Shown piece by piece: positions 9,288 through 17,880 of a DNA stretch of 32,000 nucleotides (position 1 is the stretch's first letter; every line of letters starts with the position of its first letter). The stretch is from Okeania sp. (lineage in GTDB: Bacteria > Cyanobacteriota > Cyanobacteriia > Cyanobacteriales > Microcoleaceae), in contig NZ_JAYKGW010000123.1 in NCBI RefSeq assembly GCF_035285525.1, positions 1 to 32,000 on the forward strand, read 5' to 3'. The notes beneath the pieces were generated by a model. The model searched no databases and was not told the DNA's origin. It saw only the letters and a list, made by a program, of their open reading frames with translations. The position numbers and the translations under genes were made by a program.

Positions 9288-9974
9288 ATGACCAAAACAG
9301 ACGACAAAACAATTGTCAAAGATTATTTTAACTCCACTGGTTTTGATAGATGGCGCAGAATTTATGGAGATGGCCAAGTAAATAAAGTCCAATTAGATAT
9401 TAGAAAAGGACATCAGCAAACTGTTGAGACTGTTCTCAGTTGGCTAAAAGCAGATGATAATTTAAGAGGACTATCAATATGTGATGCTGGTTGTGGAGTT
9501 GGTAGTTTGAGTATTCCCCTAGCTCAAGCTGGAGCCGTAATCTATGGTAGTGATATTTCAGAAAAAATGGTATCTGAGGCATATCAACGTGCTAAATCTA
9601 GTTTAATTAATACGAATAATATTAATTTTGTGGCTCAAGATTTAGAAAGTTTAAGCGGTAAATATCATACAGTTATTTGTTTAGATGTTTTAATTCATTA
9701 TCCTCAAGACCAAGTTGGAGCGATGATTAATCATTTAATATCTTTAGCAGAGTCAAGATTAATTATTAGTTTTGCACCAAAAACTTTGGCTTTAAGTATA
9801 TTGAAAAAAATAGGAGAATTATTTCCTGGTCCTAGCAAAACTACTCGTGCTTATCAACATCGGGAAGCGGATATTATCAAAATTATTGAAAGTAATGGTT
9901 TTTGTATCCAAAGAGAAGCAATGACTAGCACCAGTTTTTATTATTCTCGTTTATTAGAAGCAGTCCGTAAATAA
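9288..9974 (+). CDS. chlM: Magnesium-protoporphyrin IX O-methyltransferase
   Basis: The 228-aa ORF matches ChlM/BchM along its whole length by recognition. Examples are VKDYFNSTGFDRWRRIYG, the SAM motif ICDAGCGVGSLSIPLAQAGA, and the C-terminal FYYSRLLE. Confidence 0.92.
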   Translation: MTKTDDKTIVKDYFNSTGFDRWRRIYGDGQVNKVQLDIRKGHQQTVETVLSWLKADDNLRGLSICDAGCGVGSLSIPLAQAGAVIYGSDISEKMVSEAYQRAKSSLINTNNINFVAQDLESLSGKYHTVICLDVLIHYPQDQVGAMINHLISLAESRLIISFAPKTLALSILKKIGELFPGPSKTTRAYQHREADIIKIIESNGFCIQREAMTSTSFYYSRLLEAVRK

Positions 9975-10302
9975 TTAATAATTAATAATTAATAGCTGAT
10001 TTGTAAACTTTGCCAAAAGTCTTATATAATATCGCTTTTAGTAATTATTAAGTTTACTAGACAAAACTCCTAAAAGCTAAGTATAGGAAGTAATTCATGG
10101 CTTTAATATTTACTTTATAAATCAGCTATAATAATTAATAACTATACAACACAAAGTTATAGGAATAATTATTAATAGCTAAGTTTTTTAGCTATCTAAA
10201 GGTGAGAAATATTCGGAAATTTACAGTGCGGTAAGCCTTTCCTAATAATGCTTTCAGTATACTATTCAATTCTAGATTAGACATATATTAGAAATTAAAA
10301 AT

Positions 10303-10347
10303 ATAATCAATTATTATCTATAAATAATCAATTACTTCCCTCTTTTT
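10303..10347. repeat. Left copy of a ~45-bp direct repeat flanking the DUF423 gene
   Basis: ATAATCAATTATTATCTATAAATAATCAATTACTTCCCTCTTTT. A near-identical copy lies at 10923-10966. Confidence 0.8.
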
Positions 10348-10402
10348 TCATCTTTTTTGGAGATGTCTAATTTTCTATTCTGAACTAAGGAGTACAAAAT
10401 TA

Positions 10403-10783
10403 ATGACTAAAATTTTTATAATAATAGCATCTATGCTCGGCGGTTTATCTGTAGTAGCAAGTTCTTTTGCAGCTCATGCTTTAAAAGAAAAACTAACTGA
10501 ATATTCCTTGGATATTTTTCAGACAGGCGCTCGTCTACAAATGTATCATGCTTTAGCATTATTAATGATAGCTTTGTTATTAACAATAGAAGAATTACCC
10601 CAATCTTTAATGGTAATTTCTGGATATGCCTTTATTGCCGGAATAGCAATTTTTTCTGGTAGTTTATATGCCCTAAGTTTAACCGGAATAAAATGGTTAG
10701 GAGCCATTACCCCCATAGGTGGAGTAGCATTTATTATCGGATGGAGTTGTCTGGCGATCGCTGGTTGGAAATTAAAATTATAA
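10403..10783 (+). CDS. DUF423 (YgdD/TMEM256-like) small membrane protein
   Basis: 126 aa with four hydrophobic helices. Family hallmarks are present: FAAHAL, YHALALL, FSGSLY and ITPIGGVAFIIGW. AAGGAG lies 10 nt upstream of the ATG. Confidence 0.85.
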   Translation: MTKIFIIIASMLGGLSVVASSFAAHALKEKLTEYSLDIFQTGARLQMYHALALLMIALLLTIEELPQSLMVISGYAFIAGIAIFSGSLYALSLTGIKWLGAITPIGGVAFIIGWSCLAIAGWKLKL

Positions 10784-10922
10784 AAAACTGATACTTTTAA
10801 CTATTTCTATCAAAATATAGCATTTCTCATAAAAATGAGATATAATTACCATTTTTTGATCTCTTCCCTGCCCCCCATTCCGTCTTTTATAGATATCAAT
10901 ATCTCCAAAAAGAAAAAAACAG

Positions 10923-10966
10923 ATAATCAATTATTATCTATAAATCATCAATTACTCCCTTCTTTT
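10923..10966. repeat. Right copy of the ~45-bp direct repeat flanking the DUF423 gene
   Basis: ATAATCAATTATTATCTATAAATCATCAATTACTCCCTTCTTTT, compared with the copy at 10303-10347. Confidence 0.8.
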
Positions 10967-11079
10967 CCTTGTTCCCCCTTATCTCTTTCAGTAATCTTTT
11001 AGTTAACAATGGAAAATTAAACCATTTCAAGCTATAATTTGACAAACCAAAGCTGTACAAATCAGGGTATCTGGCTTCT

Positions 11080-13155
11080 GTGAGTTACTGCCTTAATCCC
11101 AATTGCCCCAACCCCTCTGACCCATTAAATGCTGGTAGAGGCACCTGTTGCCAATGTAGTTCTCAATTGTTACTACAAAATCGGTATCGTATTATCCGAC
11201 CTCTTGGGGGAGGAGGTTTTGGTCAAACTTATCTGGTAGAAGATCAAGGGATACAAAAAGTTCTTAAAGTATTACTAAAAAATCATCCGAAAGCTATCTC
11301 TCTGTTTAAACAGGAAGCACAGGTACTTATTAATTTACGAAATCCTGGTATTCCCAAAGTAGAAGATGATGGTTACTTCATATATACCGCAGCAGATAGT
11401 GACGAACCTCTACACTGCCTGGTTATGGAGTTTATTGATGGCTTAAATTTGATGGAATGGATGAAGAGTCGTCGTCATCGGCCAATAACTCAAACTCAAG
11501 CAGTAGATTGGCTGGTACAATTATCGGAAATATTGGACAAAGTTCATGCACAAAATTATTTCCATAGAGATATTAAGCCTCACAACATCATGCGCAGGCC
11601 AAATGGTCAATTGGTGTTGATAGATTTTGGTACTGTCAGAGAAGTATCTAATACCTACTTGGTAAAAGCAGCTCAAGGCCAAAATATCACAGGTATTGTT
11701 TCACCAGGATACACTGCTCCAGAACAAACTAATGGTAAGGCTGTACCTCAATCAGATTTTTTTGCTTTAGGACGTACTTTTGTCTATTTATTAACAGGTA
11801 AACCCCCAACAGGTTTTCCAGAAAATCCTCGTTCTGGAAAATTACAATGGCAGAAAAATGCTCCCCACATATCAACAGAATTTAAAGATGTCATAGATTA
11901 TTTAATGGCACCTTTTCCTGGTAATAGACCTCAAAATCCCACAATGATTTTGCAGTGTCTGATAGAAATAGAAGAAAAAGAAGATAGTAGTTCAGGAACA
12001 GATGGTCAAACTTCTCCTACTCTTCAACAACAGCGTTTAAAGAGAGAAAATACAAAAGGATCAACAGCAAAAAATCAAAGTAGGCATAAAGTTAAAACCA
12101 CAGTAAAAACCAAAAGCATTACCAGAATACCTAATAGGAAGTTCAGAATTAAGTTGATAAATAACTTAATAGTAGGTCTGACAATGTTATTATTGGCAGG
12201 GGCAACTTCTCAGTTTTATGGCTTTTGGCGCTACGGACTTTTCCCTACTAATCCGATTTTTTTATTGCAAGGTTTGAAGAGTAGTCTATTTTTAGAAAAA
12301 ACTTTAAGTGGTTATTTCCAAGAGGTCAATGCGATCGCTCTCACACGAGATGGTCAAACTTTAGCCGGTGGTAGTTTCAACACTATTAAAATTTGGAACC
12401 TCCAGACAGGGGAACTAGAAAGAAATATTCAAAATGCTCATCAAGATAAAATAACTGCTCTGAGTATAAGTCCTAATGGTCAAAAATTGGTAAGTGGTAG
12501 TGCAGACAAAACAATCAAAATCTGGAATTTGACAAATGGTAAACTCTTAAAAGATATTAAAGATGATACCAGTCAAGTTAAGGCGATCACTATTAGTCCT
12601 GATGGCCAGACAATAGCAAGTGTGGGTAGCGATAAATTAATGAAGTTGTGGAACATCGAAACAGGTAGTCAAATAGATAAAACTAGACCAGATCAGAAGC
12701 ATGAAGTAAATGCTTTAGCTTTTAGCCAAGATGGGCAAACTTTAGCTACTGGTGCTAATAACGGTACAATTAGATTGTGGACAAGTACCCTGGCTCCCAT
12801 ACTAACTTTAAAAGGACATAATCAGGCAGTTAATGCGATCACTATTAGTCCAGATAATAAGACTTTAGTTAGTGGTAGTGAAGATGGAACTATTAAAATA
12901 TTGGACTTAAATACAAGAGATGGTGAAATTGTAGCAGATACAAGTCCAATAAAATCTCTGGTTTTCAGTGCTGATAGTCGAACAATAGTTAGTGGTGGCG
13001 AACAAATTGCTTTTTGGGATTCAATCACCGAACAAAAATTACAAACATTTTTTGGTCATTCAGCACAAGTAACTTCTCTTGCGATTACTCCTGATGGCAA
13101 AACTTTAGTTAGTGGTAGTCTAGATAGAACTATTAAAGTTTGGCGAATACCTTAA
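11080..13155 (+). CDS. Ser/Thr protein kinase with an N-terminal 4-Cys zinc-ribbon-like prefix, a TM segment and C-terminal WD40 repeats
   Basis: GTG start. The N-terminus reads CLNPNCPNP...CCQC. Kinase motifs are HRDIKPHNIM, DFG and TAPE. A hydrophobic segment reads LIVGLTMLLLAGA. At least 7 WD40-like units follow (..SGSADKTIKIWNL, ..KLMKLWNI, ..GTIRLW, ..RTIKVWRI). Confidence 0.9.
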   Translation: MSYCLNPNCPNPSDPLNAGRGTCCQCSSQLLLQNRYRIIRPLGGGGFGQTYLVEDQGIQKVLKVLLKNHPKAISLFKQEAQVLINLRNPGIPKVEDDGYFIYTAADSDEPLHCLVMEFIDGLNLMEWMKSRRHRPITQTQAVDWLVQLSEILDKVHAQNYFHRDIKPHNIMRRPNGQLVLIDFGTVREVSNTYLVKAAQGQNITGIVSPGYTAPEQTNGKAVPQSDFFALGRTFVYLLTGKPPTGFPENPRSGKLQWQKNAPHISTEFKDVIDYLMAPFPGNRPQNPTMILQCLIEIEEKEDSSSGTDGQTSPTLQQQRLKRENTKGSTAKNQSRHKVKTTVKTKSITRIPNRKFRIKLINNLIVGLTMLLLAGATSQFYGFWRYGLFPTNPIFLLQGLKSSLFLEKTLSGYFQEVNAIALTRDGQTLAGGSFNTIKIWNLQTGELERNIQNAHQDKITALSISPNGQKLVSGSADKTIKIWNLTNGKLLKDIKDDTSQVKAITISPDGQTIASVGSDKLMKLWNIETGSQIDKTRPDQKHEVNALAFSQDGQTLATGANNGTIRLWTSTLAPILTLKGHNQAVNAITISPDNKTLVSGSEDGTIKILDLNTRDGEIVADTSPIKSLVFSADSRTIVSGGEQIAFWDSITEQKLQTFFGHSAQVTSLAITPDGKTLVSGSLDRTIKVWRIP

Positions 13156-13158
13156 TAT

Positions 13159-13188
13159 AGTTATCAGTTATCCGTTATCCGTTATCAG
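13159..13188. repeat. Heptamer array (GTTATC[A/C] x4)
   Basis: agttatcagttatccgttatccgttatcag, directly after the kinase stop codon. Confidence 0.8.
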
Positions 13189-13265
13189 CTTTTACGGTTC
13201 TCGAAAAATCAGTTATTAGTTATAGCGCTTTTCACTCTTGATGAACTGCATTGCCATAATCAAAA

Positions 13266-13353
13266 CCTTGTAGGGACGTTTCGCTGCGCGACATGGAAAG
13301 CGGAGCATTCCGGAACGGAAAACGCATTTTTGTTATGCAACGTCCCTACAAGG
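13266..13353. repeat. MITE-like element with perfect 15-bp terminal inverted repeats (CCTTGTAGGGACGTT / AACGTCCCTACAAGG)
   Basis: The inverted termini were read directly. A second copy at 29473-29550 has the same termini (GTAGGGACGTT...AACGTCCCTAC) and the same core (..CATTCCGGAACGGAAAACGCATTTTTGTTATGC). Confidence 0.8.
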
Positions 13354-13477
13354 GTGAATGGTATTCGCCCCTACTCCTGTATACTAAATCCTCTTAATTT
13401 ACTATCATATCAAATCCGGTAGCATCGGTATAATTAAAGGCTGTAGGGGTTTGGTCTCCAAACCCTCTAATCTCAAT

Positions 13478-14816
13478 AGGACTTACGCAAATACACTATA
13501 TATAGCGTATGACAAATAGAACGATCACTCTATTAATAGAGAGCGATCGCCTCAAGACAATTACCATTAAAAAAATGGCCAAAAACACTGCTTGGCTTCT
13601 TAGCCAATCACCCTGAATCTTATGGTGGGATTCTTTAGCTCTTCGATCAGATAATCTGAGAGTAATTCATGCTTAACTTGGTAAATAGTTTTTCCTATTT
13701 TCACTGCCAATCTTTTTAAGAAATTCCAGACTAACATAGCACAGGCTATGTGATTTTTTTTAATGTCCCTGAGACGACCCTATCCAAAATTCGCTTGCGT
13801 GTTAATTGCTTAATTTCTCTGTGAAATTCTTCTATTTTCACTTCACAGTTTGAGATTCAAATTCTACAGCATCTACTGAAGATTGACCTAAGTCATTAGT
13901 GACAATATATTCTGTTCTGTTGGTAGAAATAGTTGCCCAGAATAGCTTAACTTTTTTATCTCTCGGAAAACCTTTAATTTTAATTATTTTACCTGATATT
14001 TTTTCTGACTCATTCCAACTTAATTCTCCTATGTTTTTGTATTTTTCACTCGCGACCAGTATCATCTACTAAACGATTTATTTTTAAAGGACAGTAATAA
14101 ATTTTTCCTAAGTTATCTATTCACTCCATTAACCTTTGTGCTGCATACCAACTATCCATTAACACAGTCTTCAATGGTAATTTTTTCTTATTTACCACAT
14201 TTAATATCATTTCTTCAACATGATCTATTTTAGTTTTGTTATCAGTATCTGGGTCATAAAGCGCGATAATCAATAAGCCAAAACTGTTCAATTTTTGGAT
14301 GTAAATATATACAATTTACTATGCCTATACCACGAATTACTTTATGCTCATTTCCACTATACTATCCCCGGACTAACTGAATTTTATTACCATATTCCTT
14401 GTTGATAACTGTATCATCAAATATTAAATCGTCTTCTGTATTAGGCACAATTTCTTTTTGAACATTTCTCCATAAATTTTGAGAATCAAAGTTTTCGATT
14501 CTCAAATAACGATTTATCGTATCATGGCTAATATTTTCTAGGTGATTTGCGCTCGTTTGTAATAGTATAATTTGTATAAGAATTAAGTAAATATTGGTAT
14601 GGCATCAATATAGTTAAAATTCATATTGTTAGCTCAAATCAACAATAATATTATTCTATAATAAGGGCGAGTATTTTGGCAAAATTTATTGACAATTAGC
14701 TTATATAGCTAAAATTAATTATATTACCATATATTTGTATTAGTTTTTATCATTTTGTTGCTCAGGCGATCGCTCTATTTGTCATAAGCTATATATAGTG
14801 TCTTTGCGTAAGTCCT
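13478..14816 (-). mobile_element. Degenerate insertion sequence (DDE transposase, IS4/IS701-like) with ~48-bp terminal inverted repeats
   Basis: The left end is AGGACTTACGCAAATACACTATATATAGCGTATGACAAATAGAACGATC. The reverse complement of the right end is AGGACTTACGCAAAGACACTATATATAGCTTATGACAAATAGAGCGATC, with 3 mismatches. The interior carries broken transposase reading frames on the minus strand. Confidence 0.85.
13590..14624 (-). pseudogene. DDE transposase pseudogene with multiple frameshifts and stops
   Basis: Minus-strand translation in shifting frames gives ..ANHLENISHDTINRYL..LIFDDTVINKEYGNKIQLV..YSGNEHKVIRGIGIV.., ..LMDSWYAAQRLME*IDNLGKIYYCPLKINRLV.., the track ORF 13838-14065, then ..FHREIKQLT.. 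Each segment is interrupted by stops or frame changes. Confidence 0.8.
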
Positions 14817-14982
14817 GATCAAATCCGGTTGAATACTCCTTATATAGTTGTGGGAGATGGGGAGATTGAAGTGTAGATAAAATTATGAACATATACACTT
14901 GTAACCGGATTCTATATAACAGCTAGGACTTTTTGCCAATACCGATGGTAGAACCTTATTCTCCAAAGCAAGCGGATTTAAC

Positions 14983-15066
14983 GTCCCTATCGACTAAAGG
15001 AAGCAATCTCAAAAACCCCTGAGATTGCTTCCTTTCACTCCGTTTCAGTCCCTGCGGACTTGGGTA
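14983..15066. repeat. ~84-nt dispersed repeat containing the GGAAGCAATCTC/GAGATTGCTTCC hairpin (copy 1)
   Basis: GTCCCTATCGACTAAAGGAAGCAATCTC..GAGATTGCTTCCTTTCACTCCGTTTCAGTCCCTGCGGACTTGGGTA. A second copy lies at 30183-30266. Confidence 0.85.
14999..15032 (-). terminator. Candidate intrinsic terminator for the porin gene (12-bp stem hairpin)
   Basis: On the minus strand it reads GGAAGCAATCTC-aggggttttt-GAGATTGCTTCC followed by TTT, about 130 nt downstream of the porin stop. The U-tract is short and the hairpin is part of a dispersed repeat, so the function is uncertain. Confidence 0.35.
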
Positions 15067-15162
15067 ATGAATATAAAAAAAATTAGGGAAAAAAGAAACT
15101 ATCTTCTTGCCCTAACTTTTACATTAAATCTTAGAACTTAATTTTCTAGGAAAAGGAAAGTT

Positions 15163-16725
15163 CTAGAATCTGAACTGAGTTCTCAAAGCACCAACCCAGA
15201 TAGTATCATTATTATCATTGTGATCGGCATTAGTAATCACAAATAAACCAGGAGTAATAGCAATGTTGTCGTTCATTTGGAAACGATAAAATGCTTCGAT
15301 GTGAAGAGAAGTATCATCATCATCATTAACACCATCACCACTGGTAACAAGTGGTGGTACACCAACAACAATACCACCTAAGCTACCTTCTTTGAATAGA
15401 TCTGGGAAAGCTAGAGTGATAGCACCATTAATAATAGTAGCATCGTCACTGCCTTTAGCTTCCTTAGCAAAAGAAATACCATACCAACCACCGATTTGAA
15501 AGCCATCAGCAATCTTTAATTGGACTTCAAAGTTGAGGTTATCTGCATTTGTTGCAACTTGATCTCCACCGTTAAAAGGTCTTCTAGCATTTTTACTACC
15601 GGTACTTCCAGTTAAGTTTAAATCTCCATTCGGATGATAGCTACGAGCATAACCTATGTTAACAGCTAACCGATTAAAGTCAAACTGAAACTGACCAAAT
15701 GCACTATAACTACCATTGAAAAGACCTGCATTATCGTTAGGGTTAGCTGCATCTCCTGCTGCATAACCAAGTGCTAAAGTAAATGCGTCACTGAATGCGT
15801 AACGGAAGTTAGCACCAGCATTAGAAGGAGCGCGGAAGAAAGTAGGGTTGAATCGTCCAAACCTTGACAGAGCGCCACCACCACTGCTAGAGAAAGGTGA
15901 GATAGGATCTGTGAAGTCGTCTAGACCATAACCTGTAGCTCCTAACTCTACTTCACCTTTACTTCCTACGGGGAAACGATAGGCTAACTTACCAAGAACA
16001 ACATTACCACCTGTGTCGCCATCTGAACCCAGACGGCTCATTAATGTGTTAGTCAAGTCGCTATCGCTATAGTTAGGAATGTTATTAAAGTCTAAACGAG
16101 CTCTTAAACGGTCTTTTCCATAGAAGCTAGTCAGGAAGTCTAAACGAACCCTAGAAGCCAAAGTAGTCTGAGTATCATCATCATCTACAACTCCGTCTCC
16201 AAAGGTATCGCTCACCATCAACAATGTCTCACCTTGGAGTTTGGTGGTAGTAGAGAACTGATTAGCTTCTAATTCTGCTGTTCTTGCTTCTAGACCATCA
16301 ACACGTCCGCGTAAAGCAGCTAATTCTGCAGCGAACTCTTCTTGTAGTCTTTGTAGAACTTCTAAATCTTCTTTAGTTACTAGCTCTCCAGTTCCAGCGA
16401 TAATTTCTGTGATTCTGTCTAAACAAGCATTCATACCTGCAGCAAATTCGTAACGAGTCATTGCCCGATTACCCTTGTAAGTACCGTCTGGATAACCAGC
16501 AATACAACCATATCTTTCTACTAGGGATTGTAGAGCTTGGAAAGCCCAGTCTGTAGGTTGTACATCAGATAACTGATTTACTGATGTTACTTGGTCTAGG
16601 GAATCTGCGTCTCCCAATGGCATGGGACGAACTTCTTGAGCGATCGCGGAGCCTGCCATTAATAACGCTGCTGCTGTAAAAACACTAGGAGTGTGCTTGA
16701 GAGCGTTCCAGATAAGTTTTGTCAT
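15163..16725 (-). CDS. Outer-membrane porin with an N-terminal SLH domain, a coiled-coil linker and an OprB-type beta-barrel
   Basis: It has a signal peptide (..AAALLMAGSAIAQE), an SLH motif (DVQPTDWAFQALQSLVERYGCIAGYPDGTYKGNRAMTRYEFAAGMNACL), a coiled coil (LQEEFAAELAALRGRVDGLEARTAELE) and a C-terminal aromatic ..RTQFRF. I prefer the ATG at 16725, which has GAGGA upstream. The track's GTG at 16743 is an alternative start. Confidence 0.9.
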   Translation of the reverse strand: MTKLIWNALKHTPSVFTAAALLMAGSAIAQEVRPMPLGDADSLDQVTSVNQLSDVQPTDWAFQALQSLVERYGCIAGYPDGTYKGNRAMTRYEFAAGMNACLDRITEIIAGTGELVTKEDLEVLQRLQEEFAAELAALRGRVDGLEARTAELEANQFSTTTKLQGETLLMVSDTFGDGVVDDDDTQTTLASRVRLDFLTSFYGKDRLRARLDFNNIPNYSDSDLTNTLMSRLGSDGDTGGNVVLGKLAYRFPVGSKGEVELGATGYGLDDFTDPISPFSSSGGGALSRFGRFNPTFFRAPSNAGANFRYAFSDAFTLALGYAAGDAANPNDNAGLFNGSYSAFGQFQFDFNRLAVNIGYARSYHPNGDLNLTGSTGSKNARRPFNGGDQVATNADNLNFEVQLKIADGFQIGGWYGISFAKEAKGSDDATIINGAITLAFPDLFKEGSLGGIVVGVPPLVTSGDGVNDDDDTSLHIEAFYRFQMNDNIAITPGLFVITNADHNDNNDTIWVGALRTQFRF

Positions 16726-17720
16726 ATTTTTACTAATCCTCACACCTATTTTTAATTAGCTAAGAGTTACTTAACTTTATTTTGGTTAGTATAACCTTTA
16801 CCGACATACTTTTACGCCATACTGCCAAATCAGCTTTGGCTTTTTACTTTATAGTTCTGGTATGCCATCAGACTACAATCTGTTTTTGAGGAATAATTTT
16901 AGACTACATTTGATTTCTTTACTTTACAAAAGAAGACAAATTTTAGTCTTAAGTGTCTATTTTAGCTTCTAACTTGGCAACTGGCTTATTGCCAAAAGTA
17001 GTTTGACAAATCGACAGATTTAGATAATGGCTTAACGAGGGAGCATTGCTGTAATTTATTTTCCTGTCCATAAGGAAGACATGAAAATAAATTACCAACA
17101 ACTCAGTCATTTTTCCTCAACCCTTGTTTATCACAGTTTAGTTAATTTGTCTAGACACCATTTGTTGTATTTTTTGATGATGAGTTTACCAGCTCACCTT
17201 ATAATTTAGATTTTAGTTGATTAAGTTAGAGCTATATCCTTGAGGCAAATTTTACACCTAATTTAAAAATTTGCAACCTAATTATTTTCAGACTATTTTT
17301 TCACCAAACTGTAAGCATTCAGCTATTAGCACCTCAGGAGTCAGCAACTTTTAATAAATTAAGTAACCAAGTGCTATTTTAACTTTTACTTTTCAATAAT
17401 ATATCTGAGTTATCAAACCACATAATAGATATTATGGCCGAAAACTATAGATTGGGTCTCAAAGCTAATAAATGTTAACTGAGTTCCGACCCAGGAGGCT
17501 AGCTGACTGCTCTTGGCGCAGCATGACCCAGGAAATGCTTATATAGCAGTCGAAGCAAAGGGCGCGGACAGTTCAAAAGCTGAAAACTCAGACAACGCCA
17601 GATTCTTCCTTCTTTCTTCTTCCTTCTTTCTTCTGCTATACCAAACTAGCCAAATAAGGAATGAATATAGAAAAAGATATGAGAAAAAACTGGTAATTAA
17701 ACTACAAAATAACTATATTT

Positions 17721-17819
17721 AGGACTTACGCAGAAACCGGGTTTATGAAGAAAATTTCGTGATTTGATCGACAAGATCGCGACAATAAACCCGGTTTCTT
17801 GGTTGCTTTGCCTAAGTCC
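17721..17819. repeat. ~100-bp MITE-like element sharing the AGGACTTACGCA terminus with the IS at 13478
   Basis: The left end is AGGACTTACGCAGAAACCGGGTTT. The reverse complement of the right end is GGACTTAGGCAAAGCAACCAAGAAACCGGGTTT. Confidence 0.75.
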
Positions 17820-17880
17820 CGTATATATTTCTAACCACCAGATTCTCCCCTCTTATCATTTATCAGTTTTTTTATTTTTC

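Noticed and set aside
12822-13028. 68-aa minus-strand ORF.
   Set aside because: It is antisense to the WD40 region of the kinase gene and is an artefact of the repetitive WD40 coding sequence.
13838-14065. 75-aa ORF as an independent gene.
   Set aside because: It is one surviving frame segment of the broken DDE transposase inside the IS. Flanking frames continue the same protein after stops and frameshifts.
17513-17722. 69-aa ORF (TTG start).
   Set aside because: It runs from the GC-rich island through a polypyrimidine tract (FFLLSSSFFLLL) into AT-rich DNA. It has no start context or motifs.
13156-17880. tRNA or other canonical RNA genes in the large spacers (also checked 21737-22390, 24482-25199, 25644-26400 and 29273-30323).
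   Set aside because: I found no T-arm-like GGTTCGAATCC/GTTCAAATC context with matching acceptor stems, and no rRNA, tmRNA, RNase P or SRP signature blocks I could recognise. This is a by-eye scan only, so a tRNAscan/Infernal run is still advisable.
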